Counted from the stretch's first letter, positions 37,228 through 51,190 are shown. The stretch: DNA of 64,000 bases from Octopus bimaculoides (GCF_001194135.2 NC_068994.1:8681516-8745515), one strand, 5' to 3'. Translations and numbers: made by a program. The notes: generated by a model not told the origin, from the sequence alone.

Positions 37228-37502
37228 TGGCATTCTGTCGGTTGCGATGATCGATCAAGGAAACAGCCTACACATCGAATTTAACGTGCAATTGGTTCAG
37301 CACCCAACAGACATGTGCACCCTTAACAAATTTCTCAGAGAGATTCAGCGTGACACTGAATGAATGCGATAAGGTTTGCCCGTTTCATATATAGGTACTA
37401 CTCACATTATCCGCTCAAGAGCACAACTCGCCGTCAGGAATCGAACACACGAACTTAGTAAAGCGTGCCGAATACCCCAACCATAAAGTCACGCGCCTTC
37501 AC
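37228..37502 (-). mobile_element. Old near-full SINE family C2 copy
   Basis: Head GTGAAGGCGCGTGACTTTATGGTTGGGGTATTCGGC...GTTCGATTCC, with body AGAGATTCAGCGTGACAC shared with family C. Confidence 0.7.
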
Positions 37503-38589
37503 AGGAGCGAACGGACATTCATACATATCAGGTCAGACGTTTTATGACCGCGTATTTGCTACACGTTTCACTGCCTCTAAGCCCTACACATAAGCGGATA
37601 GTTGCCAAATAACCGGCTGACCTATAAAACTTATTGTCGGTGAGATGGTTTATGCGGTTGGTAGGATGAAAAAAAAAAATCAATCAAACTTCTGATGAAC
37701 ACTAGTGATTCAAATGTCTTCCACTTAGGAAAATGAAGCGCTTATTTTCAACCTTCGTTCTTGCCTGTTAGTGCTTCCGGCCAGTTTAAGTGTTTCAGAC
37801 CTTTGCGAAGACTCGGGTTTCCAAGAAGCTCAATGAGACGTCGAAACTCATCTAAAAGTAATGAGCTTATCATGCACGGCGCAGTGAGGAAATGATACTC
37901 CTGTATGACTCCGAGATCATAGGAGTCCCCTACGTTTTTGCAAAAATATACAATGCCATTCGGAAAAAAAAATGACTGTGCTGAAATAAATTTAGTGAAC
38001 CTCGCTGTTATCAGATACATACACAAACATCAACACAAGGGAAATTGATGGAGTATTCTTATCAAAACATCTATTAAGTCTTAACATAACGCGCCGGATA
38101 TTACTGTATGAACTTTCACGGAGGTCAGCTGACCCGCGGATATCAGTGTGTCTTTGAAAACCAAAGAAAAAGAGGATAACAACGGACAATTGAACAGAAA
38201 ACACCATCTTCTATATCCCAATAACTAATTCACATTTATACCACTTATAATTGATGCACTTGGTATTGTGAACATATTATCTAACTGACAATATGGGCAA
38301 GTTCGGTTTTTCATAAATGGAAATCAATAAGCTACATCGTATATTTCAAATACAATATGTAAATGGAAGGATAAAAATATGCAAGGCATTTTTCAAGTTT
38401 AAAATGTGATATTGTTTTTGCAATCTATTAACACATTCCAACGACTGAAAATTGTATTTTTGTTACAAACCATCTGCTACCTCAGAGGAAGAATTTGAAT
38501 AATTAAGAACAGAAAAGAACACACGTACATACTATATATACTTACATGCATATAAGCATACAAGTAAACAGATATGCATTTACGCATGC

Positions 38590-38677
<88 letters not shown>

Positions 38678-39274
38678 NNNNNNNNNNNNNNNNNNNNNNN
38701 NNNNNNNNNNNNNNNNNNNNNNNNNNNNNNNNNNNNNNNNNNNNNNNNNNNNNNNNNNNNNNNNNNNNNNNNNNNNNNNNNNNNNNNNNNNNNNNNNNNN
38801 NNNNTATATATATTTATATATATGTGTCTGTGTGTGTATGTGTGAAGAACTTGAAGATAGGCAGAGCGCATGAGAAATGTTACTTGTATTTAATATTAAT
38901 ACACTTAACCAGTTTCATATTCGTGTGTGTTTTGTTTTTTTTTAGACTTAAATTTTTTGAAGAACCTGGAGCTACGTTGCAAACTGTATATATTCTATCA
39001 TTTCATAAATGATAGAAACAATAGTGTCTGCAACACAGCTGGATGTTCCTCAGAGCTTACACTTTTCAGAATCATACAAATTTGAAACCAGTTAAATCTA
39101 TCAATATTAATAAAAGTAATTTTTCTCATACACTCTGTGCATTGATAAATTGTACTTCTGCTATACTAGTACTGGTGTGGACTAGTAGCTGTTTTTTTCT
39201 CTATGACGCCCTCTACATCTAACTCCATGTTTCCCTCTCCATGCTCTCTTTCCAGCTCTCTCCTCCCTCCCACT

Positions 39275-39314
<40 letters not shown>

Positions 39315-40397
39315 ATCATGTGTGATAAATTGCATAACGGTTGTGTAAAATTACTGATTGTTGACGAAAGCAATGCTATAACTCGGAATGTACGACACTT
39401 GCCAAGCCATTCCATTATATATGCTATGAGAGAAAGGTATATGACATAGGCACACGCACACACATACATAAATATATATATGTATATACATATATACAAA
39501 TATGCGCACACACAGATATATATATACACATACGCACAGGTTGCACATGCTCTCATATGTATATAAGCATATATAGTCACATCTACATATTTGTGTGTGT
39601 GAGTGTGTGTCTGTGTCTCTGTTTGTGTGTTTGTGTACGTGCGTATGTGAGTGTCGGAACATTTACACAATTTTGTATACTGGAACGTGTAACAGAATTT
39701 TTTACAGAAATGTATCTGAAAATTCACAAGAAAAATAAAATGACAAAGAGAAGAACAGAAATATTTAACTTCTTGTATATGAACGTGACCTCAAAGCATT
39801 TCCTGATAGATATTGATGTATAATTAAATATATTAAAGATACCTTGGAGCAGTTCCTGTTAGATACGTGTGTATAATCGTTAATGAAACACCACATAGAA
39901 TGTGATAGTGTTAAACGAGCTACATGTAAAAGTACGATTTCATATTATTCGCGTAATTAAAAAAAAAAATTGCTTCCAGAATGCTACAAAAAATCCAATA
40001 ATTGATGAATCACGATCAATTATAAAACTTTAGTTAATTAATAAGGATAATATTTCAAAGTTTTATTAGTGTTAATGTGTTTGAGGATAATTTGACATCA
40101 CAATCTCAAAATTAAATGAAGTAAATGAAATTTTAAATAATGAATAAATAAATAAAGACAATAATATTCATTAGAGCATTAGAGAATTTATGTAAAGTTA
40201 AAATATTGCACAAAAAGATAACGATAAAATAAAGTAAATCATACTGTAAAGCTAATTAATATATATATAAAAAAAAACTAATTAACGGAGATTTAGTTGT
40301 AACGTCATAGAAACTTCTGATAAACATTGTAATTATATGTGTGGGCGCGTACCAATGTGTGTGTTCGTGTGTTATGTATATAAATGTGAAAACACAG

Positions 40398-40442
<45 letters not shown>

Positions 40443-40699
40443 AGCATATGCAAATACATACACTCGCACACTCACATATATCTATGTCAGTAATTATGTA
40501 TGTATATATGTATGTATGCATCTATCTATATATCTATATCTATCTATTTATTTATGTATATATATATATATATNNNNNNNNNNNNNNNNNNNNNNNNNNN
40601 NNNNNNNNNNNNNNNNNNNNNNNNNNNNNNNNNNNNNNNNNNNNNNNNNNNNNNNNNNNNNNNNNNNNNNNNNTATATACATATTTATTTATATGTATG

Positions 40700-40731
<32 letters not shown>

Positions 40732-41351
40732 AGTAGATAGGCAGATAATAGATAGATAGATAGATTTATCAGTATCACTTTTTGAATGTATACATGGCCG
40801 TAGCATTAATTTATTACTATTAAATTATTTTATATCATTTTTGCCTGTGGTTCTGATTTATGACTCTGTCGAATGATGTTTCGTGTATTTTATTGATTTG
40901 TGTTTAATTTGCAACAGTTCATATATTAAATATTATGTATTAGTCTGCTTTTCTTTCGTAAGAATTATTGGTAGCACGGGTAAAAGAACTTTCTTTTGCA
41001 TATTCAGAAACAGCTTTAGTCAATATTATGCAGTGCCGTTCGACACCACTAATACTGTATCCCAATTTGTTTGAATGTACAAAGATTATTACTAGTAGTG
41101 GTGATCGACAAGTCACACTGAGTTAAGAGGGAAAAACAAGGGGGAAATGAAAATGGTAAAAGAAAAGGGAATTTGGTTTACAGTTTCTCTGATCCTCTTC
41201 CGTAGACGCTTTCGCTTGTAGTGGTAGGTTTTGGGATCAGATGAATTTATAATTTTTTACGCGATCTGAATCCAAAGCGGATGTTTTTCTGGACTTTGCG
41301 CTAAACGGGATCAGGATAAATTATCCATTTATTGCAGAAAAATTCGTTACT

Positions 41352-41420
41352 GGACAGCAATGAGACTCGAACTCACATCTCTGTGGTTACGCGACAAGTG
41401 TTTTACCATTAAACTAAACG
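41352..41420 (-). other. Isolated tRNA-like or SINE-head remnant
   Basis: Reverse complement GTTTAGTTTAATGGTAAAACACTTGTCGCGTAACCACAGAGATGTGAGTTCGAGTCTCAT has A box, B box, D arm and T arm, but no acceptor or anticodon stem. Confidence 0.45.
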
Positions 41421-43948
41421 TTTGAGAAATAAAATTTATTTCTGTATCTTACAATACATCTCAACGCTTCTAAAAAAGAACAAACTTTGTTTACTTTCAT
41501 CGTAAAGTTGTTGAATTTAACGTTAGCGTCTTATGAAGCTTAATTTATAAGTTCTAAAATTGCAGAAGGATTCGTTCCTGGGCAGTTTAGTTTAANNNNN
41601 NNNNNNNNNNNNNNNNNNNNNNNNNNNNNNNNNNNNNNNNNNNNNNNNNNNNNNNNNNNNNNNNNNNNNNNNNNNNNNNNNNNNNNNNNNNNNNNNNNNN
41701 NNNNNNNNNNNNNNNNNNNNNNNNNNNNNNNNNNNNNNNNNNNNNNNNNNNNNNNNNNNNNNNNNNNNNNNNNNNNNNNNNNNNNNNNNNNNNNNNNNNN
41801 NNNNNNNNNNNNNNNNNNNNNNNNNNNNNNNNNNNNNNNNNNNNNNNNNNNNNNNNNNNNNNNNNNNNNNNNNNNNNNNNNNNNNNNNNNNNNNNNNNNN
41901 NNNNNNNNNNNNNNNNNNNNNNNNNNNNNNNNNNNNNNNNNNNNNNNNNNNNNNNNNNNNNNNNNNNNNNNNNNNNNNNNNNNNNNNNNNNNNNNNNNNN
42001 NNNNNNNNNNNNNNNNNNNNNNNNNNNNNNNNNNNNNNNNNNNNNNNNNNNNNNNNNNNNNNNNNNNNNNNNNNNNNNNNNNNNNNNNNNNNNNNNNNNN
42101 NNNNNNNNNNNNNNNNNNNNNNNNNNNNNNNNNNNNNNNNNNNNNNNNNNNNNNNNNNNNNNNNNNNNNNNNNNNNNNNNNNNNNNNNNNNNNNNNNNNN
42201 NNNNNNNNNNNNNNNNNNNNNNNNNNNNNNNNNNNNNNNNNNNNNNNNNNNNNNNNNNNNNNNNNNNNNNNNNNNNNNNNNNNNNNNNNNNNNNNNNNNN
42301 NNNNNNNNNNNNNNNNNNNNNNNNNNNNNNNATATATATATATATATATGTATACATACACTTAAAGCAATTCATACATACATAGGTACATACATACCTG
42401 TATATATACATACCTACCTACATATATAACTGCATATATGCAAACATACGTACTTACATACATACATACATACATACATGCCTATATACCCACCTACATA
42501 CATGCATGCATATACCTACCTACCTACATACATGCATATACCTTCCTACCTACATACATACATGCATATATATATATGCATAGATACATACACACATGAA
42601 TATATACATACATGATACATACATACATACGTGCACACATAGACGAAGCTCTCTAACTCCAATGTTTGTTTGAAAGGGTACGAGTTATCATCAAACTGCA
42701 CACACATGTACACACTTTCACACGCACTAACCTGAGTGTAAGTCTATTTTATGTCCACACACACATAAGCACACAAGCACACATACACAAACGCACATAC
42801 TCTCACACACATACTCGCATACACACGCATACACACACACAAAAACATTCATAGACACACAAATTTCGATAGCACATAAATAGCAATCTTGCACATGTGT
42901 GGTGATTTGTTTGAACAATTACACAATATATTAAGTTTTATATTGTCATAAGAGTATCGTGGTCGCCATTTTGTCTGAAAAGTTGTCATATCCTTGTGAT
43001 ATGTTACTTCGAGGTCGCATGTCACAGTTTTGTTTACTGAGTTATTATTGCGAAAGTAATTTTGTATCTGTAAGTTCAGACGAGTATACCTCAGAATATA
43101 CTTATTTGAGTAAGTGTGTGTATTAAGTATGAATGAAATACCTTATGTATGTATGTATGTATGTATGTATGTATGTATGTGTGTCTTTCTGTTTGTCTGT
43201 CTATCTGTGTATATATATATATANNNNNNNNNNNNNNNNNNNNNNNNNNNNNNNNNNNNNNNNNNNNNNNNNNNNNNNNNNNNNNNNNNNNNNNNNNNNN
43301 NNNNNNNNNNNNNNNNNNNNNNNNNNNNNNNNNNNNNNNNNNNNNNNNNNNNNNNNNNNNNNNNNNNNNNNNNNNNNNNNNNNNNNNNNNNNNNNNNNNN
43401 NNNNNNNNNNNNNNNNNNNNNNNNNNNNNNNNNNNNNNNNNNNNNNNNNNNNNNNNNNNNNNNNNNNNNNNNNNNNNNNNNNNNNNNNNNNNNNNNNNNN
43501 NNNNNNNNNNNNNNNNNNNNNNNNNNNNNNNNNNNNNNNNNNNNNNNNNNNNNNNNNNNNNNNNNNNNNNNNNNNNNNNNNNNNNNNNNNNNNNNNNNNN
43601 NNNNNNNNNNNNNNNNNNNNNNNNNNNNNNNNNNNNNNNNNNNNNNNNNNNNNNNNNNNNNNNNNNNNNNNNNNNNNNNNNNNNNNNNNNNNNNNNNNNN
43701 NNNNNNNNNNNNNNNNNNNNNNNNNNNNNNNNNNNNNNNNNNNNNNNNNNNNNNNNNNNNNNNNNNNNNNNNNNNNNNNNNNNNNNNNNNNNNNNNNNNN
43801 NNNNNNNNNNNNNNNNNNNNNNNNNNNNNNNNNNNNNNNNNNNNNNNNNNNNNNNNNNNNNNNNNNNNNNNNNNNNNNNNNNNNNNNNNNNNNNNNNNNN
43901 NNNNNNNNNNNNNNNNNNNNNNNNNNNNNNNNNNNNNNNNNNNNNNNA

Positions 43949-44446
43949 TTGTAACTTTACCTATAAAATTTACAATATTCGTAAATAAATGGCCAAAAAA
44001 TTACAGAATTTAAAAAACATTTTATGCAAACTAAAAAGAATGTCAAAATCACTTATGATAAGAAATATAATAATAATAATGATAATAATAATAATAATAA
44101 TTATTATTATTATTATTATCATTATTATTATTATCGTTTTCCGAATCACCTTCACTCGCACTAGACTCGTGCACACTCTCACTTGTAGATGCGATCGCCG
44201 ATTCACAAGCACTCGTAGGCGGATTTGTAGATTTCTTTTTAAAAAATATGTTTTAGAGTTGTTTGCTTAGAAGAAGCTTTTTTGTTCTTTTTTGCTCCCC
44301 ATAGATGTTTGGGTAACACATAGAATCATTTGCTATGGTAGTAGAAATTTTTGCACTGCGTTCTGCAACTGGATCTTGTACTTGACGAAGAAAAGTCGTA
44401 AACCCATGTCTTGTGAAGCGGATCCTCGTAAAGTGAGGTATAACTG
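43949..44446 (-). mobile_element. Internally deleted Tigger/pogo-like DNA transposon relic
   Basis: Begins CAGTTATACCTCACTTTACG (Tigger-like TIR) next to (TA)n. It translates QDPVAERSAKISTTIANDSMCYPNIYGEQKR, then ASSKQTTLK after a frameshift, resembling the Tigger C-terminus QDPxxERxxK...CYxxIYxExKR...QTxLxxFF. Confidence 0.6.
44067..44134. repeat. Perfect 68-bp spacerless (AAT)n/(ATT)n palindrome
   Basis: The two 34-nt arms are exact reverse complements, including a mirrored G (44081) and C (44120). Confidence 0.95.
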
Positions 44447-45503
44447 ATTATATATATATATATATATTCAGTAAGCTGTAAAATAAGATAGCTCTATGCC
44501 TCTGCTATGAGTTAGTTATTGCTTTTATAATTGTAGAAAAGAAACTTATACATAAAATTATGTGGTCGAAGAGACATCGGAGATTCTTCATGNNNNNNNN
44601 NNNNNNNNNNNNNNNNNNNNNNNNNNNNNNNNNNNNNNNNNNNNNNNNNNNNNNNNNNNNNNNNNNNNNNNNNNNNNNNNNNNNNNNNNNNNNNNNNNNN
44701 NNNNNNNNNNNNNNNNNNNNNNNNNNNNNNNNNNNNNNNNNNNNNNNNNNNNNNNNNNNNNNNNNNNNNNNNNNNNNNNNNNNNNNNNNNNNNNNNNNNN
44801 NNNNNNNNNNNNNNNNNNNNNNNNNNNNNNNNNNNNNNNNNNNNNNNNNNNNNNNNNNNNNNNNNNNNNNNNNNNNNNNNNNNNNNNNNNNNNNNNNNNN
44901 NNNNNNNNNNNNNNNNNNNNNNNNNNNNNNNNNNNNNNNNNNNNNNNNNNNNNNNNNNNNNNNNNNNNNNNNNNNNNNNNNNNNNNNNNNNNNNNNNNNN
45001 NNNNNNNNNNNNNNNNNNNNNNNNNNNNNNNNNNNNNNNNNNNNNNNNNNNNNNNNNNNNNNNNNNNNNNNNNNNNNNNNNNNNNNNNNNNNNNNNNNNN
45101 NNNNNNNNNNNNNNNNNNNNNNNNNNNNNNNNNNNNNNNNNNNNNNNNNNNNNNNNNNNNNNNNNNNNNNNNNNNNNNNNNNNNNNNNNNNNNNNNNNNN
45201 NNNNNNNNNNNNNNNNNNNNNNNNNNNNNNNNNNNNNNNNNNNNNNNNNNNNNNNNNNNNNNNNNNNNNNNNNNNNNNNNNNNNNNNNNNNNNNNNNNNN
45301 NNNNNNNNNNNNNNNNNNNNNNNNNNNNNNNNNGAGTATGTGTATGTGTAAATGTATATTTATATGTGTGAATGTATAGGGTATGTATTCTATGTGTATG
45401 AAATCAAGAAATCAGTATAGGCTGACACACTGCCAACGAATAGATATCAATGATGCTTTGTAATGCTATTAAATCCGGGAGGCATATCAAAAAATATACA
45501 TGG

Positions 45504-45539
<36 letters not shown>

Positions 45540-46216
45540 ATAAACGAAAAGTGAAAAATTCATATAAATAAACATCGTTTTCTCTCTCTCTCCAGAATTA
45601 ACCAGCGCAAAGCGCCGGGAGGCTATTTTGCTGCTGATAATTGGTTACAGAAGAGAGCGAAGATAGTAATAACAGCGTTTGAAAAAAAAAAGACAGAACG
45701 TGTGAAGAAAATGGAGGTTTAGAATGACTGCGAGAGAGAGAAAGAGAGAGAGAGAGGGAGAGAGAGGGAGAGAAAGAGAGCTGCATAAAAAAATACTGAG
45801 AAATGGCTATATAGAGGAATAATGGGAGCGTAGAGTGTTGAAAAAGATGGAGGGTGTGAACGAAATTCATGTATGACTGTATATACATATATACATATAT
45901 ATGAATATATGGCTGTATATATTCATAGTGTGTGTATATGCATGAATATCTATCTATATATGTATATATATGTTTGTGTGTGTGTATATAAACGTGTTTG
46001 TATGTATGTATATATGTGTGCATTTAGGGCAAAGTAGTGTGTATAACTGAGAAAGTTAAGGGACACGCGCTAAAATAATGGGGTAAAATAAAATTGGGGG
46101 CACGTGAAGGGCAGCGTAGAGGTACACAAGTCATTTTTCGAGGAAAGAGGTCGAAATTATAGATAGTATTAGATTTTCATTCGCAGTCACACCCCACAGA
46201 CACACACACGCACATG

Positions 46217-46258
<42 letters not shown>

Positions 46259-47332
46259 CACACATTTACACACACACACGTATATAGATATGTGTATTCG
46301 TCAGTGCTTGTAAGCGTGAGGGCATGTGTTGGAATTATAGAGCTGTTATATTTCTGATGCTCTGCTGAACTATATCGGACCCCACACATATACACAAACA
46401 CATACATTTGTATATACGTACGTATGTCTGTGTATTCATGTACAAAGACATGCTGGAAGTCAACATGTGACCGAGTAAGGCCATTTCCCATATTCATCAA
46501 GTCCACACAACTGTTCTATGACTCAAAGAGTTTATATAGATATACATACATATATACATGTACATGATTATGTAATACCGCAGAGTATCGAAAGTTTGCG
46601 CAGGAAATCAGATATGAAAAAGGAGCGTTCAATAGGCCTGTATATATGTGCGATTCTGCATGAGGTCGTATGTATTACAAAGTAGATAATTATTTCTTCA
46701 TAGCATTTGGCAGGATTGGAATGAATTTTGAATTCGAAATTAAGGAAATGAAATTAAGGAAATGGTACATAATATGGACATATCTAACTGTTTTTGCTGG
46801 GTGTGTTTACTTATTACAAAGTTCTCAAGAGATTTCTATTCGTTGGTTATCATTTATAGAACAGATCATTAGAAGTTCATAAATAGAGAGATGACAGATA
46901 AAACTCTTAATGTTTCCATACGAAAAAAACAAAAACAACAAACAAACCGCTTCCAGGTATTCTAAATGTGAAAATGTGTTATAGTGTCAATGGTTTCAGT
47001 TTTTTTTAACTGGAAACATATTCAAAAGCCGTTTCCGACATTTACTTTGAGGAATTGACTATAGTGTTCCGTTCATATTTCATAGAAATAGCCATTTGAT
47101 ACGTAGCCATCTATACATGAAACTGACGCCTTCACATTATTAACAGCAATGAGATCTAATACAGAATGGTATCTAATACGGCAACTACCATAACTTTGTA
47201 AGTACTGGCGTCATATGACAATCAGAGATGATGCTCCAGCATGGTCTAAATAAAGAATCACAAAAGCAATTACCAAATATAAGCATATGATATTTGGTGC
47301 GTGTGCATGCGTGTTTATATATATATACGCTT

Positions 47333-47773
47333 ACTCTTTTACTCGTTTCCGTCATTTGACTCTGGCCATGCCGGAGCACCGCTTTTAGTCAAGCAAATCG
47401 ACCCCAAGACTCATTCTTTGATAGCCTAGTACTTATTCCATCGGTCTCTTTTGCCGAACCACTGGGTTACGTGGATGTAAACGCACCAACATCGGTTGCC
47501 AAGCGATGTTGGGGGGGGGGACAAACACAGACACACACACATATACACACATACATATATATNNNNNNNNNNNNNNNNNNNNNNNNNNNNNNNNNNNNNN
47601 NNNNNNNNNNNNNNNNNNNNNNNNNNNNNNNNNNNNNNNNNNNNNNNNNNNNNNNNNNNNNNNNNNNNNNNNNNNNNNNNNNNNNNNNNNNNNNNNNNNN
47701 NNNNNNNNNNNNNNNNNNNNNNNNNNNNNNNNNNGTAAGCAAGCTATTTACTACACAGCCACTACTGCGCCTG
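47333..47773 (-). mobile_element. Full SINE family B copy spanning a gap
   Basis: Tail TTACTCTTTTACTC...GGCCATGCCGGAGCACCGC lies left of the gap, and head AGGCGCAGTAGTGGCTGTGTAGTAAATAGCTTGC (reverse complement) lies right of it. Confidence 0.8.
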
Positions 47774-49609
47774 TTTACACATGTTTACACTATATTTTCA
47801 ATGTATATACTACGTCGATTTGTGCATCGGAGAATATGGCATATGAAATATCAAAATTTTAGAAATCACACTTACGGTTAGTAAAAAGAAAAGTTTAGGT
47901 AATTAATTTTGAAAAAAAAAAAAAGTAAAGAAAGGAAAAATATTTGGCAGTCATATTACTTTAGTGCCAGGAAGAACACGAAACCATGTTAAGATATATG
48001 AAATCAATTCTATCCTCAAATACGCAAACGTACCTTGAGAAATAGTGAGGTAGATGGGAAAATGAGTGAGAGTGAGAGAGACAGAGAGTTGGAGCGACAT
48101 AGTGTGTGTTGGTGGGTGTCATATAGCCGAATAAAATGGATGAAAGAAAAATCAGTATGTTATAAAAATGATTACAAACGAAAATAGGTTTCTTTGTTTA
48201 TTAAAGATGAAAAAGAACATGAGACGTAACATCAGTGCTTAGTTATGCACATGCATATGCACACACACACACACAGACACTCACGCAAATGTACGCACAG
48301 ACATGCGCAGTCACACACACACACATACATGTATACATACAGTCACACATAAATTCATGCTTACATACGTAGAAAATAAAATCTCAATCAAAGAAGAGTT
48401 GACGCTCCGTTCTTCATGTCAGATACACGGCCCGATTCTTTTCTCCAATAAACTGAGCCCTTACGAAGGCATCAAATAGCCAAAAAAATGGAGGTAAACT
48501 AGGCATGAAAATCTGTATTGGCTACGAAGTTTATTTGATATAATGGCATTAAAATCCGCACTAAATATTGCAAGACGTTGTTACACAAAATAATCCCTTC
48601 ACCTACCGTAGAGTTAAGTTTGACCTTTGGTACGGTGAAAGGTTTTAGCATACGGAATAGTTTCGACTTTTGCTCTACTGAATGAGGGTTGATCTTGGGT
48701 TAGGCATCACCACTATCACTGTAACTAGCAACACAACCGCATCGTTAAGCCTTTACAATAACAAGAATCGCAACATGCAGATTTGAGGCCATTGTTTCCT
48801 CACATTGTTTCCTCGAATATTAAATGCTATACGTATGTCGTTAAAAAGATAATGATGGGATATGGGAGTTAGCTTCGAAAATAATGTGTATCGTTAACAA
48901 TTAGTGAATGAAATAGAAACAATGGGAGACATTCGATATTTTATCGAGTTATGAGGTGTGGAAAGTATAAGATTATAATCACATGTCTGATTCTAATTTA
49001 GTATTTTGTTGAAACGGTAGTTATAGCTTGGTAACGAATACATTGTCCAAACTGAATAAGAAGTCGAAAATAATTTTTATTGTTGCTGCCTTGCATAAAG
49101 AATACACGTTGCGGTAGAGACAGAGAAATGTAATGAACTCGAAGAGACCAGCAGCGTTTTTCTTTATGACATAATCCAACGAGATTTATGGTATTTACAC
49201 ACCGCATGAAAATAACAGATTTTTAACTCGCATATCGTAAATGCATTAAGACACGCACTCTCCACCAATAACTAAGTTGCCCACATGAGAATCATTCATA
49301 AGTTCCATACATCATTGCTAATAGAAATCCGCTTAAAATGATATGATATTGGTAAATAAAGCTATCAAACGCGTGTCAATTTCGTAACATATGTTGCTTT
49401 TCGGAGATTTCTGTACACATTATGGATTTAGATATTTATGGAAGAAATTTTATGATTTTCTTATCATGTAATATTTATACGTGCTTACAGATATTTCGAA
49501 GTAGATATGGGTAAATAGTGCTTCCACAGAAGTTTTTTTTACAACGTAGTAACAAGAGATTCAATACAAAAATAACAAAATCGCTATGCTACCATGAACG
49601 TTTGGATGC

Positions 49610-49690
49610 AGCCCCGGTGTGCTGCACCTTGGGCAAGAGTCTTCTCTTCTACCAGACTAATGACTTCTCTTTTACCAGACCAATGAATCT
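49610..49690 (+). mobile_element. SINE family B fragment
   Basis: GCTGCACCTTGGGCAAGAGTCTTCTCTTACCAGAC. Confidence 0.5.
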
Positions 49691-49892
49691 ATCTATCTAT
49701 CTATCTATCTGTCTGTCTCTCTGTCTATCTATCTATCTATCTTCACACACACACATACACACATAGTAGAATAAGAAAAATAAATTTCTTGGTAAAGTAT
49801 TATATATTCTTCTGATGCCCTCTTTAATATGAAAATATACTGTACCTATTAGTAACTGATTCTTGTATATATCGGCTCTCCTAACCATTTAG

Positions 49893-50017
49893 ACCCTCTG
49901 ATGAAGCCTAGAAGCACACTCAACATCCAAGCTCTATCTACCCATCCCTACAGAAGACTGAAGAGATGGAACTAGCATGGAGGATATCGTGGCCTCTTGG
50001 CAGAAACAGCCGTAAGG
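49893..50017 (+). ncRNA. Hammerhead-like motif with long stem II insertion (probable PLE repeat)
   Basis: CCT-CTGATGA-A-GCCTAGAAGC...GCCTCTTGGC-A-GAAAC-AGCC-GTA-AGG. Stem I is CCT/AGG and helix III is the near-palindromic ACAGCCGT. Confidence 0.5.
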
Positions 50018-50418
50018 AACTGATCTTTTAATCTTTTACTCTTTTATGTGAAACTATTATTACTATTCCGTTTATATATTTGTGTAGCACACAAATATAT
50101 GGTCGTAATAATAATAATAATATTTATACATAAAAGTTGAACGCATATGTGGCCTACTAAAAGATGCATACATTCATATTCATTTATACATACACACGTA
50201 GGTACGTAATACATATGTAATGTATGTATGTCATTATACAGTTATATTTCAATATTTCTTGTCAATAGAGAAAAAGCTGGTTTCTAACCTAGATCTAAGG
50301 TCTCTTCATTGGAATTTTCATGTATGTATGTTTGCATGTATGTATGTATGTATGTATGTATGTATGTATGGCTGTATATATGTATGTATGTATGTGTGTA
50401 TGTATGTATTAGCCTACT

Positions 50419-50453
<35 letters not shown>

Positions 50454-50964
50454 GTATACATTCATGAGTGTGTGCTGTACCTGACCATGTGTGAGTGCAT
50501 TTAAGAGAGAGGAAGAGGAGAGAAAGGTTGAAGTAAAAAGAAAAGAGGATGAATGGAAAATAAGTTGTGAGATAAAGTTAAGGGAAAATAAATGAAATAA
50601 AAACAGAAGGAAAAACGTGTAAGAGATAGAACGATAGCAACATAGAGATATTTTGATGAGAACGATGAAAATAACAGAGAATGAGTGAGAAAGAGAGGGA
50701 GAGACAGAGACAGAAGGATGGACAGACTGACAGAGAGAGACGTAGAGAGAGAGAGAGAGAGATAGACAGAGAGGAAAATATGAGAAGCTGGGAGAAAGAG
50801 GAAAAAAACTGCGAAGATGGTGAGGGAGAGAGTGTAAGGTAAAGTAAATGAGCGAATTTTTTTACATTGTTTGTGACAAATTTCTCGAAATGAAACAACA
50901 TATAACGACAGACACACACATTACACAGTCACACACGCATAGGCAGACGCGTACCAATACAAAC

Positions 50965-51014
<50 letters not shown>

Positions 51015-51127
51015 CACGCATAAGCACGTACTCACTCACACATAAGCACGTACTCACATACACTCTTCAGAACATATGCTTTTTAATGAAATGCGTTATA
51101 TATTTTTTTATATTTTATTTTATATTG

Positions 51128-51129
<2 letters not shown>

Positions 51130-51187
<58 letters not shown>

Positions 51188-51190
51188 TAT
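51130..51190. repeat. (TTA)n microsatellite
   Basis: Seen directly. Confidence 0.95.

Noticed and set aside
45590-46150. Relatively GC/CpG-richer patch as a promoter
   Set aside because: There are no specific core-promoter motifs or linked exon, and it is interleaved with GA and TA microsatellites.
46746-46882. Plus-strand MKLRKWYIIWTYLTVFAGCVYLL signal-peptide-like ORF
   Set aside because: It is short, the ATG arises in a 14-bp local duplication, there is no strong donor, and it lies opposite the better-supported strand.
48592-48642. Bulged hairpin CCTTCACCTACC...GGTACGGTGAAAGG as a pre-miRNA
   Set aside because: The stem is too short (about 13 bp) and lacks extended lower-stem pairing.
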